Assembly (NCBI GenBank): GCA_964545475.1
Contig: CAZJGG010000003.1
Coordinates: forward strand, 757 to 64,756
Length of the DNA: 64,000 nucleotides
Direction of reading: 5' to 3'
DNA from: an uncultured Eubacteriales bacterium
GTDB taxonomy: Bacteria > Bacillota > Clostridia > Lachnospirales > JAISER01
Position 1 is the first letter of the stretch. Each line of letters opens with the position of its first letter. Both the position numbers and the translations under genes were made by a program. Of this stretch, positions 55,678-64,000 are shown piece after piece. The notes below the pieces were generated by a model. That model did not search any database. It saw only the letters and a program-made list of their open reading frames with translations, and was not told the origin of the DNA.

Positions 55678-56637
55678 TTATATATGCAAGCAAGCTACGA
55701 AATGCCCCGGTTCTGGCTCAAAAGATGGAATTTTATAAGCCTTGCAGTTGTCTGCGCATTTTGGGCATCTTGTTTGAAATGGGCAGCCAACAGGCAAATT
55801 AACAGTGCTTGGAATATCACCCTGTAAAATCTTACGCTCGCTTTGCCTTGTTGGGTCTGGTATGGGCACGGCGGATAAAAGAGCTTTTGTATATGGGTGC
55901 ATAGGGTTTTTATAAAGCATCTCTTTCGGCGCCATTTCAACAATAGAGCCTAAATACATAACCGCTATACGGTCTGAAATCATTTCAACCACGCTTAAAT
56001 CGTGGGAAATAAACAGATAAGTAAGGGCATAATCTTTTTGCAATTGTTGCATTAAATTAAGCACTTGCGCCTGAATTGAAACGTCCAGAGAAGAAACTGG
56101 CTCATCAGCAATTATAAGCTTTGGGCGCACAGTTAATGCTCTTGCAATACCGATACGCTGGCGCTGACCGCCGGAAAACTCATGAGGCCACCGTCTTGCA
56201 TGTTTCTCATTTAAACCTACAATTTTCAAAAGTTCCCTTGCCGCTTGCAAACGCTCTTTAGAGCTCATTTTTGTATGCACAAGCAAAGGTTCTGCAACAA
56301 GTTCTTCAACTCTCATTCGGGGGTTTAAAGAACCGCTAGGGTCTTGGAATATCATTTGCATATCTTTGCGTAAAGGTCTTACTTCCCTTTCGCTTAAATT
56401 TGATATGTTTAAATCGTCGAAGGTTATTTCCCCGGAATCTGGCTTCATAAGCCTGTTTATAAGCCTGCCTGTTGTAGATTTTCCACAGCCGGATTCTCCT
56501 ACAACGGAAAATGTTTCCCCGGGATAAATCTCAAAGCTAATATCATTTACCGCATGGACAAAACGAGCTTTGCCAAATAAACTTTTCCCGGCAGGGAACT
56601 TTTTAACAACATTTTTTACGGTAACAAGGGGTTTCAT
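55678..56637 (-). CDS. Peptide ABC transporter ATPase (OppF/DppF type)
   Basis: Contains [17 protein letters not shown] and IIADEPVSSLD. Confidence 0.88.
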   Translation of the reverse strand: MKPLVTVKNVVKKFPAGKSLFGKARFVHAVNDISFEIYPGETFSVVGESGCGKSTTGRLINRLMKPDSGEITFDDLNISNLSEREVRPLRKDMQMIFQDPSGSLNPRMRVEELVAEPLLVHTKMSSKERLQAARELLKIVGLNEKHARRWPHEFSGGQRQRIGIARALTVRPKLIIADEPVSSLDVSIQAQVLNLMQQLQKDYALTYLFISHDLSVVEMISDRIAVMYLGSIVEMAPKEMLYKNPMHPYTKALLSAVPIPDPTRQSERKILQGDIPSTVNLPVGCPFQTRCPKCADNCKAYKIPSFEPEPGHFVACLHI

Positions 56638-57653
56638 TTAACCGCCTCCTTTGCGCCGTTTTCTGTATGCCAGCAGCGGCATTTTCTTGTTTGCCCATAT
56701 TCAAGAAGAACAGGTTCTTCCTTATGGCACTGCTCCGTTGTAAATGCGCATCTAGGTGCAAATTTACATCCAGTAGGCATTGCGGATAAATCCGGCACAC
56801 TGCCGGGAATAGAGGGTAGTGTAGTTACTCCAGAACCAAGCTTCGGAACGGAAGCAATAAGCCCTTTAGTATAAGGGTGCATAGGTTCTGCAAAAAGCTG
56901 GTTTACAGAAGCTTCTTCAACAATTCTCCCTGCATACATAACCATAACCCGGCTGCACATTTCCGCAACAATACCTAAGTCATGGGTAATTAATATTATT
57001 CCGGCGTTATATTCGTTTTTAATGTTGCGCATTAGGTCTAAAATTTGAGCTTGAATCGTAACGTCAAGGGCGGTAGTTGGTTCGTCTGCAATAAGCAATT
57101 TTGGGTTACAGCTCATAGCCATAGCAATCATAACCCTTTGGCTCATGCCCCCAGATAACTGGTGAGGGTAGCTTCGCATAGTTACGCTTGGTACAGGTAT
57201 TCCAACTTGTCTAAGCATATGTTCAGCGTGTTCTGTCGCCTGTTTTTTGATGTAATCCATATGCAGACGAATAGCTTCAACCATTTGCGCTCCAATGCGC
57301 ATAGAAGGATTTAACGAAGTCATAGCTTCCTGAAAAATCATTGAAATGCTTTTGCCCCTGACAGAACGCATTTCTCGCTCACTGCATGTAAGTAGGTCTT
57401 TTCCCTCAAATATAATTTCTCCTCCGGCAATACTGCCTGATGTACTTTTAAAAAGCTGCATAATAGATAATGACGTTACGGATTTTCCACAGCCGGACTC
57501 ACCAACGAGCCCTACAATTTCCCCGGGGTAAACCTGAAAGCTGACATCGTCAATAACCACAACTTTAGACTTTTTCCCTGTTTTAAATTCTGTACGCAGA
57601 TTTTTTATATCAAGCAAAGGCTGGTCTTTTTTTACTAAAGAATTTTCGTTCAT
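56634..57653 (-). CDS. Peptide ABC transporter ATPase (OppD/DppD type)
   Basis: Contains [17 protein letters not shown] and [11 protein letters not shown]. It overlaps the next gene by 4 nt. Confidence 0.88.
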   Translation of the reverse strand: MNENSLVKKDQPLLDIKNLRTEFKTGKKSKVVVIDDVSFQVYPGEIVGLVGESGCGKSVTSLSIMQLFKSTSGSIAGGEIIFEGKDLLTCSEREMRSVRGKSISMIFQEAMTSLNPSMRIGAQMVEAIRLHMDYIKKQATEHAEHMLRQVGIPVPSVTMRSYPHQLSGGMSQRVMIAMAMSCNPKLLIADEPTTALDVTIQAQILDLMRNIKNEYNAGIILITHDLGIVAEMCSRVMVMYAGRIVEEASVNQLFAEPMHPYTKGLIASVPKLGSGVTTLPSIPGSVPDLSAMPTGCKFAPRCAFTTEQCHKEEPVLLEYGQTRKCRCWHTENGAKEAVK

Positions 57654-57664
57654 AATTTTCCCCC

Positions 57665-58561
57665 TTACTTGATTTTCGGGTCGAGTGTGTCTCTGAGACC
57701 ATCGCCTAAAAGATTAAAAGCCAACACGGTTAAAAATATTAACAACCCCGGAAAATATACTAAATGAGAGCCTACGCCTACGTAACTGCGGCCGGAAGAA
57801 AGCATTGCGCCCCAGTCCGGCTCGGAAACGTTAGCACCGAAGCCTAAAAAGCTTAATGATGCCGCCGCTAAAATAGCAGTACCAATACGCATTGTAAAAT
57901 TTACAATCATTGATTGCAGTGTGCCGGGTAAAATATAAATCCATAAAATTCTGCTGTCGGAACAGCCCACTGAGCGAGCCGCCTCTACATAAAGGCAATG
58001 CTTTACTGTTAGCGTTGCGCTTCTTATAATTCTTGCAAAAGAGGGCACTGTAAAAACGGCGACGGCAATAACTACGTTTATTACCCCTGGGCCGATAACT
58101 GCAACTACGGCAATACAAAGCAAAATATCCGGCATGGCAAAAAGTATATCACTGCTTCTCATAACAAGCATTTCAAGTATTCCGCCGTAATATCCGGCTA
58201 AAATCCCAAGTATACTGCCGAGGGCCGCCCCAATTAAAACGGAGCTTAACGCAACCCCCAAAGAAAGGCGAGAACCAACTAAAAGCCTGCTTAAAACATC
58301 TCTGCCGTATTCGTCTGTTCCCAAAAAATGTTGAGAAGACGGGGCACTTAACAAATTGTCGTAATCCGGCAGTGCAGGGTCGTATGGAGCAAAGCGTGTG
58401 CCGAATATCGCCATTAAAATAAGAAACACAATAAAGCATCCGGCAACAACCGATGTTTTTCTTTGCATAAATTTCTTAAAAAACTCTTTTGTTTTGTTAT
58501 ATTCTTTCATTTCAGGTTCTATGTACTGTTGAGGTGTATTATTGATTTCGGACATTGTCAA
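57665..58561 (-). CDS. Peptide ABC transporter permease (DppC type)
   Basis: 298 aa, with a permease core and OppC-type N-terminus. Confidence 0.85.
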   Translation of the reverse strand: MTMSEINNTPQQYIEPEMKEYNKTKEFFKKFMQRKTSVVAGCFIVFLILMAIFGTRFAPYDPALPDYDNLLSAPSSQHFLGTDEYGRDVLSRLLVGSRLSLGVALSSVLIGAALGSILGILAGYYGGILEMLVMRSSDILFAMPDILLCIAVVAVIGPGVINVVIAVAVFTVPSFARIIRSATLTVKHCLYVEAARSVGCSDSRILWIYILPGTLQSMIVNFTMRIGTAILAAASLSFLGFGANVSEPDWGAMLSSGRSYVGVGSHLVYFPGLLIFLTVLAFNLLGDGLRDTLDPKIK

Positions 58562-58571
58562 TCCTCCTTCC

Positions 58572-59492
58572 TTAACTGTATCTGATTTTGGGGTTCAACA
58601 AGCCATACAGCAAGTCTACTATTAAATTAATAACAACATATTCAAAGGCAAAAAACATTAAAAGTGCTTGAACAACTTTATAATCACGGAAAACTATGGA
58701 ATCAATAATCAACCGCCCAACGCCTGGAATTGAAAAAACAGTTTCCACAAGAACAGAACCGGCTAAAAGCGCCCCAATTTGAAGCCCTGTAACAGTTACA
58801 ACCTGCATAAGAGAATTACGGAAAGCATGGCGCAAAACTACAAGCCATTCAATTTGCCCTTTTGCCCGGGCTGTTCTAACATAGTCTTCCTGCATTGTTT
58901 CCATCATTGAGGAGCGGGAAAAACGAGCCAGCATACCCATTATACTGCACCCTAATGTAAATGAAGGCAAAATATAACTTTGCCAGTTTGAAAGCCCTCC
59001 CGTAGGCACAAGCCCTAAATCAACGGCAAATATTTGAATTAGAACAAGCCCGAGCCAGAAAGGGGGCACAGATATGCCTGAGGTTGAAAGCACCATACTG
59101 AAATAGTCCAGCGCCGAACCTCTAAAAACAGCGGATATAACACCAATAAGAACACCAAGAGCAACAGACCATAATATAGCAAACAATGTAAGCTCAATGG
59201 TTGCCCCAAGCCGCCCCATTAACATTTCTGATACAGGAAGCCCTGTTTTATAAGATGTTCCCATATCACCTTGGAACAAATCTTTTATATAATTACCGTA
59301 TTGTACAAGCAAAGGGTCGTTTAGACCAAGAGCTTGTTGTATACGAGCCACATCTTCCGCAGTGGATTCCTTTCCGGCAAGCATTCTTGCCGGGTCGCCG
59401 GGTATCATATGCATAAACATAAAGACGATAAAGGATATAATAATAAGAAGCGGAATAGTGCCAAGTACTCGTTTAATAAAATACCGACTCAA
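58572..59492 (-). CDS. Peptide ABC transporter permease (DppB type)
   Basis: 306 aa. Contains the YVRTARAKG loop. Confidence 0.85.
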   Translation of the reverse strand: MSRYFIKRVLGTIPLLIIISFIVFMFMHMIPGDPARMLAGKESTAEDVARIQQALGLNDPLLVQYGNYIKDLFQGDMGTSYKTGLPVSEMLMGRLGATIELTLFAILWSVALGVLIGVISAVFRGSALDYFSMVLSTSGISVPPFWLGLVLIQIFAVDLGLVPTGGLSNWQSYILPSFTLGCSIMGMLARFSRSSMMETMQEDYVRTARAKGQIEWLVVLRHAFRNSLMQVVTVTGLQIGALLAGSVLVETVFSIPGVGRLIIDSIVFRDYKVVQALLMFFAFEYVVINLIVDLLYGLLNPKIRYS

Positions 59493-59564
59493 ATCTGTCC
59501 CTCCTTCATAATTCTTAATAAAACAATCCGGCGGAAAACCACCGGATTGTATAGAGCATCGGAA

Positions 59565-61181
59565 TTAATTAAGAGCAGCGCTTTTAAGGTTAAGAGAACC
59601 GTCCGGTCTTAAAGAAACGCCGCTTAAATAAGTTTTTGTTCCGGCAATAACTTGGTCGTTGCCGAGGAATAACCAAGGAGCATCATCCCAAGCTATTTTT
59701 TGAGCATCAGCGTAAATAGTTTTAAGCTGTTCAGGGTCACTTGTTGCCAAGCCTTCATCTAATAATCTATCAAATTCCGGGTTGTTGTAATATGCAGTGT
59801 TTGCGCTAGTTGGTGGCGCCATTTGGCTGTAAAGAATGCTTCTCATAGAGCCGTCTGCGTCGAAAGAAGAAGCAGACCAGTTTACATACCACATTTCAAT
59901 AGTAGCTTGTGCTTTTTCAACATAAATCAAGCTGTCAATAATGTTAGGCTCCATTGGCACTATGTTTACGTTAATGCCGATTTGAGAAAGTTGTTGCTGA
60001 ACAAACTGCATACCTTTTTCTTCGTTAGTTGTGTTGTCGCCCCAAATTGTTACATCAAAGCCGTCTGGATAGCCTGCTTCTGTCATAAGTTGTTTTGCTT
60101 TTTCCAAGTCATATGTATAAGGTGTTTGAGGGCTGTAATAAGATACTGTGGACGGGAAGCAAGAATTAACTTCGGAAGCATAACCGTTAAAAATTGTTTT
60201 AGCGTATGCATTTTTATCAATAGCATAATTCATTGCTTGACGAACACGTTTATCTGAAAGTTCTTTTTTGTCGTTGTTTAATGTAACATATCTCATAATG
60301 TTAGACGGAGATGCAACAACTTTAATATCTTTTGTGCCATCAACGTTTGGAGCTTGAATTGCCGGAAGAGGATAAATAAAATCCGCTTCGCCTGTTTGAA
60401 GCATAGCAACTCTTGAGCCGTCTTCTGGAACAGCACGGAAAGTAAGGCTGTCTACAGAAGGTTTTTCTCCCCAATATCCGTCAAAAGGATTAACAGTAAT
60501 TCTGTCGCCTTCAATTCTTTCTCCGAATGTGTAAGGACCTGTACCTACAGTAGTTTTAGCCAAGCCTTCGTTGCCAAGTTCTGCAATAGCTTTTGGGCTT
60601 ATTACTAAAAATTGAGTAAACTGGTTAATAAAAGAGCTGTTGGGTTTATTTGTTACAATAACTATGGTATAATCGTCTGGTGCAGTAACGGATTCCCAAG
60701 TGCTTGCACGGCGATATTGGCGGAAAGATTCATTTGCCATAACTCTTTCATAGTTTGCAATGAAAGCCGCTGCGTTAAAATCTGTGCCGTCATGGAATTT
60801 TACGCCTTGGCGTAATTTAAAAGTATAAGTTAAATTGTCGTCGGAGGCTTCGTAACTTTCTGCAAGTACGGGAATGATATTTTGGTTGTCGTCAAAAGAT
60901 ATTAAGCCTTCGTACATAGTACGGCTAACTGTAATTGATAATGTATCAGTAGTGTTATGTGGGTCAAGAGATTGTAAGTCATTGTTAAAAGCTACAACAA
61001 GGTCGTTATCTGGTGATTGTGAGGATGATTGGTCGCTTTGTGCTTCCGGTGCCGGTTGCTCGGCTTGGTTGCCGCCGGCAGTTTCAGTTCCTTGGGCTGG
61101 CTGAGCTGGCTTGCTTGCACAGCCTGCCACAGAAAAACATAATGCAGCAGCTAAGAAAAGCGCTATACTTTTTCTTTTCAT
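59565..61181 (-). CDS. Family-5 solute-binding lipoprotein (peptide/nickel/oligosaccharide class)
   Basis: 538 aa. Lipobox FSVAGC followed by a Gln/Pro/Ser linker. AAAGGAGG SD is present. Confidence 0.85.
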   Translation of the reverse strand: MKRKSIALFLAAALCFSVAGCASKPAQPAQGTETAGGNQAEQPAPEAQSDQSSSQSPDNDLVVAFNNDLQSLDPHNTTDTLSITVSRTMYEGLISFDDNQNIIPVLAESYEASDDNLTYTFKLRQGVKFHDGTDFNAAAFIANYERVMANESFRQYRRASTWESVTAPDDYTIVIVTNKPNSSFINQFTQFLVISPKAIAELGNEGLAKTTVGTGPYTFGERIEGDRITVNPFDGYWGEKPSVDSLTFRAVPEDGSRVAMLQTGEADFIYPLPAIQAPNVDGTKDIKVVASPSNIMRYVTLNNDKKELSDKRVRQAMNYAIDKNAYAKTIFNGYASEVNSCFPSTVSYYSPQTPYTYDLEKAKQLMTEAGYPDGFDVTIWGDNTTNEEKGMQFVQQQLSQIGINVNIVPMEPNIIDSLIYVEKAQATIEMWYVNWSASSFDADGSMRSILYSQMAPPTSANTAYYNNPEFDRLLDEGLATSDPEQLKTIYADAQKIAWDDAPWLFLGNDQVIAGTKTYLSGVSLRPDGSLNLKSAALN

Positions 61182-61241
61182 TTAGTAAAAACCTCCTTTT
61201 ATTTTTAAAACATGATGTAAAGACCCTAATATTATAAGTCC

Positions 61242-62009
61242 TTAATTTTTAGCATTTAAACAAACAGCGTTAATATATCCGCAGTCAATAATATTAAAGC
61301 GGTCTTCCGGGGGATATAATGCGCCGCCGTAAAAAATACTGTTGTTGTTAGCGGTAGATTTGTCCGTCATTGTTTTGTGAGCCGCCAAATGTATTTGGTC
61401 ACAATTTGTTTCAGTAATAACCCGGTTCATTGTTTTTAAATCAATTCCTGCTCCGGGAAGAATTTCAATGCGCCCGGCTGAATATTCAATCATTTGGCGA
61501 ATTGTTTCCGTGCCAAGAGGAGCTAAAGGTTCTTGTCCGCTTGTAAGCACTCTGGTTATGCCAAGGCTTATAAGTATGTCAAGAGCGGCTTTCCAGTCCG
61601 GCACAACGTCTATTGCACGGTGGAAAACAGTTGTTTTACCATTGGCAATTTTTGACATTTCTTCGGTGCGTTTAACGTCAATTGTTCCGTCTTCATTTAA
61701 AAAGCCGAAAACAATGCCGTCTGCGCCGTGTTCCAAAAGCAGGCGAGCATCCTCTTTTGCTGTTTCATATTCGGTTTCTGTATAACAAAAACCGCCTTCT
61801 CTTGGGCGTACCATTGTAATAATACGCATTTTTGAACCGTTTTCAAGCTTTTCAAGCCCTTTTCTGGCAGCCAAAAGTGTGCCTACCGTAGGTGTAAGCC
61901 CGCCGTGAAACAGATTTGAATTAAGCTCAACACGGGTGGAACCGGCCTTGCAAGCTTCAAGAACATCGTCTGCGCTTCCGCAGCAAACTTCTACAAGAAT
62001 GTCTTTCAT
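61242..62009 (-). CDS. cutC: CutC-family protein
   Basis: 255 aa. N-terminus is LVEVCCGSADDVLEACKAGSTRVELNSNL, with the CutC TIM-barrel pattern. Confidence 0.8.
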   Translation of the reverse strand: MKDILVEVCCGSADDVLEACKAGSTRVELNSNLFHGGLTPTVGTLLAARKGLEKLENGSKMRIITMVRPREGGFCYTETEYETAKEDARLLLEHGADGIVFGFLNEDGTIDVKRTEEMSKIANGKTTVFHRAIDVVPDWKAALDILISLGITRVLTSGQEPLAPLGTETIRQMIEYSAGRIEILPGAGIDLKTMNRVITETNCDQIHLAAHKTMTDKSTANNNSIFYGGALYPPEDRFNIIDCGYINAVCLNAKN

Positions 62010-62193
62010 TGTAATACCTCACTGTTATGTATTATTAATTTATAAACGCATTATAATAAATACTAAACAAAATGTCAATATATATCTTGAAAAAATTAAA
62101 AACATTGTATATAATTAATATATAATTAGTTTTACGGCTAATTAATTATTAAACCTATGATAATATTGGCGCTTAAAAACAAAGAGGTGGGTA

Positions 62194-63378
62194 ATGGTTA
62201 AAAACAGCCGTATAGATCAGGATTTAATGAAGCAGACAAACCGTCAGCTTGTTTTTTCAGAAATTTATAAAGCAAAGGAAATATCAAGAACCCAAATTGC
62301 GCAGATAACAGGCATAAGCGTTATGAGTGCCGGGCGCATTGCAGACGAATTAATTGAGAAAGGGCTTCTTAGAGAAAGCGAAAGCACAGAGCAGCAAACA
62401 GTGGGAAGACCGCCGAAAATACTTACATTGGCAAAAGAAAATCTTAATTGCGTCAGTGTATTTATACAAAGCGGCGGAGTAACCGTTGGAATAACAGACC
62501 CTTATGGAAATATTAAAAGGAAACTTGACATTAAAGAAACTTTAGAGGGGAAATCATCTCTAGAAGCCTTTAAATTTATTGGGGATGTTTTAATAAAATT
62601 TTTAGAGGATAATAAAGACATAACTTGCTTAAAAACTATTGGGGTGGTTATGCCGGGGTTAGTAGACGTTGAAAGCGGCACGCTTGTATTTTCATCTCAT
62701 TTTAGATGGAAAGACGTTCCTGTTGTGGACGTAATGGAAAATATGCTCCCGGAATATACATTTGTGCCGGAAAATGACATAAAAGCTCTTGCGCTGGCAG
62801 AAGGGTTATTTGGCGGAGCAAAGGAATATAAAAATTTTGTTTTGTTAAATATAGGCAACGGTGTTGGTGCGGCGGCTTTTATAAACGGTGAAATTTACAG
62901 AGGGCAAAATAATGCCGCAGGGGAAATAGGGCATATTATTATTAACCCCAGTGGGCGTATGTGCGAATGCGGTAAAATTGGGTGCTTGCAAACTAATGTA
63001 GCGGAATGGGCTATTTTGCAGGAAGCTCGCTCGGTACGCCCTAACCAAAACATACAAATGAAAGATATATTATTAGCTTACGAAGCAGGTGAGCACTGGG
63101 CAAGAAATCTTTTAGACAGAGTTGTGGAATTTACATTTGTTGCGCTTAATTTACTTTCCAACACATTTGCCCCCCAGGCGATTTTGCTGTGCGGAAGCCT
63201 TGTTGAAGAAAACCCATCTTTTAAATCTATGATTTTAAATAACCGGAACAGCCAAAACTATGCTTTTAACAGTAATAATTATAGTTTAGGGTTTTCTTCT
63301 CTTGGCAAGGATGGGGCGGTTATTGGCGGTGCATCTGCAGCTTTTTTCAGCGGTGTTAATAAATTGGTAATAGAATAA
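62194..63378 (+). CDS. ROK-family transcriptional regulator (NagC/XylR-like)
   Basis: 394 aa. It has an N-terminal wHTH (ISRTQIAQITGISVMSAGRIADELIEKGLL), a ROK sugar-kinase-like domain, and the Zn motif GHIIINPSGRMCECGKIGC. Confidence 0.85.
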   Translation: MVKNSRIDQDLMKQTNRQLVFSEIYKAKEISRTQIAQITGISVMSAGRIADELIEKGLLRESESTEQQTVGRPPKILTLAKENLNCVSVFIQSGGVTVGITDPYGNIKRKLDIKETLEGKSSLEAFKFIGDVLIKFLEDNKDITCLKTIGVVMPGLVDVESGTLVFSSHFRWKDVPVVDVMENMLPEYTFVPENDIKALALAEGLFGGAKEYKNFVLLNIGNGVGAAAFINGEIYRGQNNAAGEIGHIIINPSGRMCECGKIGCLQTNVAEWAILQEARSVRPNQNIQMKDILLAYEAGEHWARNLLDRVVEFTFVALNLLSNTFAPQAILLCGSLVEENPSFKSMILNNRNSQNYAFNSNNYSLGFSSLGKDGAVIGGASAAFFSGVNKLVIE

Positions 63379-63395
63379 TTAAGGAGAACTATAAA

Positions 63396-64000
63396 ATGTT
63401 TACAGAAAACCGAAAGAATTGGATAAATGAGAAATTCGGCGAGTTTTTCTCTCGTATGCCCCTTGCCGGGGAAAAGGTGAGTTTATGCCTTAAAGATATG
63501 ACGGAAAATGAACAGCTTTCCATGAAGTACACATATGCTTTTATGCCGGTGAGTGATGTTCTTACCTGTTCTACAGAATTAATTGAAGAGTTTGTTAAAC
63601 ACGGAGTAATGCTATATGAAACTGTTTCTTGGTTAAAGGATACGCCTATAGACATATTCTTGCCATTTGTTTTATTTTACCGTATTAACAATGAAGCGGC
63701 AGAACCTTACCGTCAGGAAATATATAATTCTTTATACCCAAGAATTAAAGAAATGGGAGCAAGGGAAGCGGCCTTGGAAGCTAATTATTGGTGCGCAGAA
63801 CATGCAACATACCTTTCAACAGACGACCGCACACTTTCCGCTTCTGCTGTTTTGCGCAGGGGGTTCGGGCGGTGCGGCGAGGAATCCACGCTTTTATGTT
63901 GTGTTTTAAGGAGCATAGGCGTTCCTGCACGCCAATGCTACACCCCAAGGTGGGCTCATTGTGATGATAATCACGCTTGGGTTGAGACTTACATAGACGG
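63396..64000 (+). CDS. Transglutaminase-core (Cys-His-Asp) domain protein; 5' part only, runs off the right edge
   Basis: Not in the track because there is no stop in the window. AAGGAG lies 6 nt upstream of ATG 63396. Hand translation gives MFTENRKNWINEKFGEFFS...RRGFGRCGEESTLLCCVLRSIGVPARQCYTPRWAHCDDNHAWVETYIDG. This shows the GxCxE catalytic-Cys context and a downstream HAWVE. Confidence 0.65.
   Translation, partial: MFTENRKNWINEKFGEFFSRMPLAGEKVSLCLKDMTENEQLSMKYTYAFMPVSDVLTCSTELIEEFVKHGVMLYETVSWLKDTPIDIFLPFVLFYRINNEAAEPYRQEIYNSLYPRIKEMGAREAALEANYWCAEHATYLSTDDRTLSASAVLRRGFGRCGEESTLLCCVLRSIGVPARQCYTPRWAHCDDNHAWVETYID

Overview
The window looks like a chromosome segment from a low-GC, endospore-forming Firmicute, probably Clostridia-like. 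Support for this: a PolC-type replicase, spoVA and dpaAB, an SLH-anchored wall protein, and GGAGG-type ribosome-binding sites (SDs). I can support about 60 protein genes, 2 tRNAs, several intrinsic terminators and promoters, and three families of intergenic repeats. I saw no rRNA, CRISPR array, integrase, transposase or recognisable defence genes.

Backbone content:
- ylxQ-ylxR-nusA-rimP and polC-ispG, all on the minus strand.
- ung and a phosphohexomutase.
- Two oligopeptide ABC systems.
- An sstT-tdh-kbl-sdaAB-sdaAA Ser/Thr catabolic operon with a divergent MocR regulator.
- lgt and an M16 peptidase pair.
- spoVAA-AD back to back with dpaAB.
- pepA, cutC and a ROK regulator.

Most interesting leads, all unproven:
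1. An unannotated 58-codon ORF (9268-9444, minus) with a consensus SD. It encodes a peptide that is 36% methionine.
2. About 9.5 kb of accessory DNA between polC and rimP. It carries a thioester-less, membrane-anchored alpha-2-macroglobulin-like giant protein whose stop overlaps (ATGA) the start of a MEMO-like protein that appears to be exported.
3. A GC-richer lipoprotein hydrolase gene bracketed by 105-bp direct repeats, next to tRNA-Phe and tRNA-Lys.
4. A 160-180 bp palindromic (MITE/REP-like) repeat family whose two arms co-vary between copies.
5. An opp-ldcA-alr-M20D-M55-lysA cluster that reads as a murein-peptide salvage route ending in lysine.
6. An SLH protein with a 245-residue segment that is about 30% tyrosine.
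7. A nested-stem element in the spoVA/dpaA control region.

Everything here comes from reading the sequence and the ORF translations by eye. No database search was run, so family assignments rest on recognised motifs, protein length and gene context.
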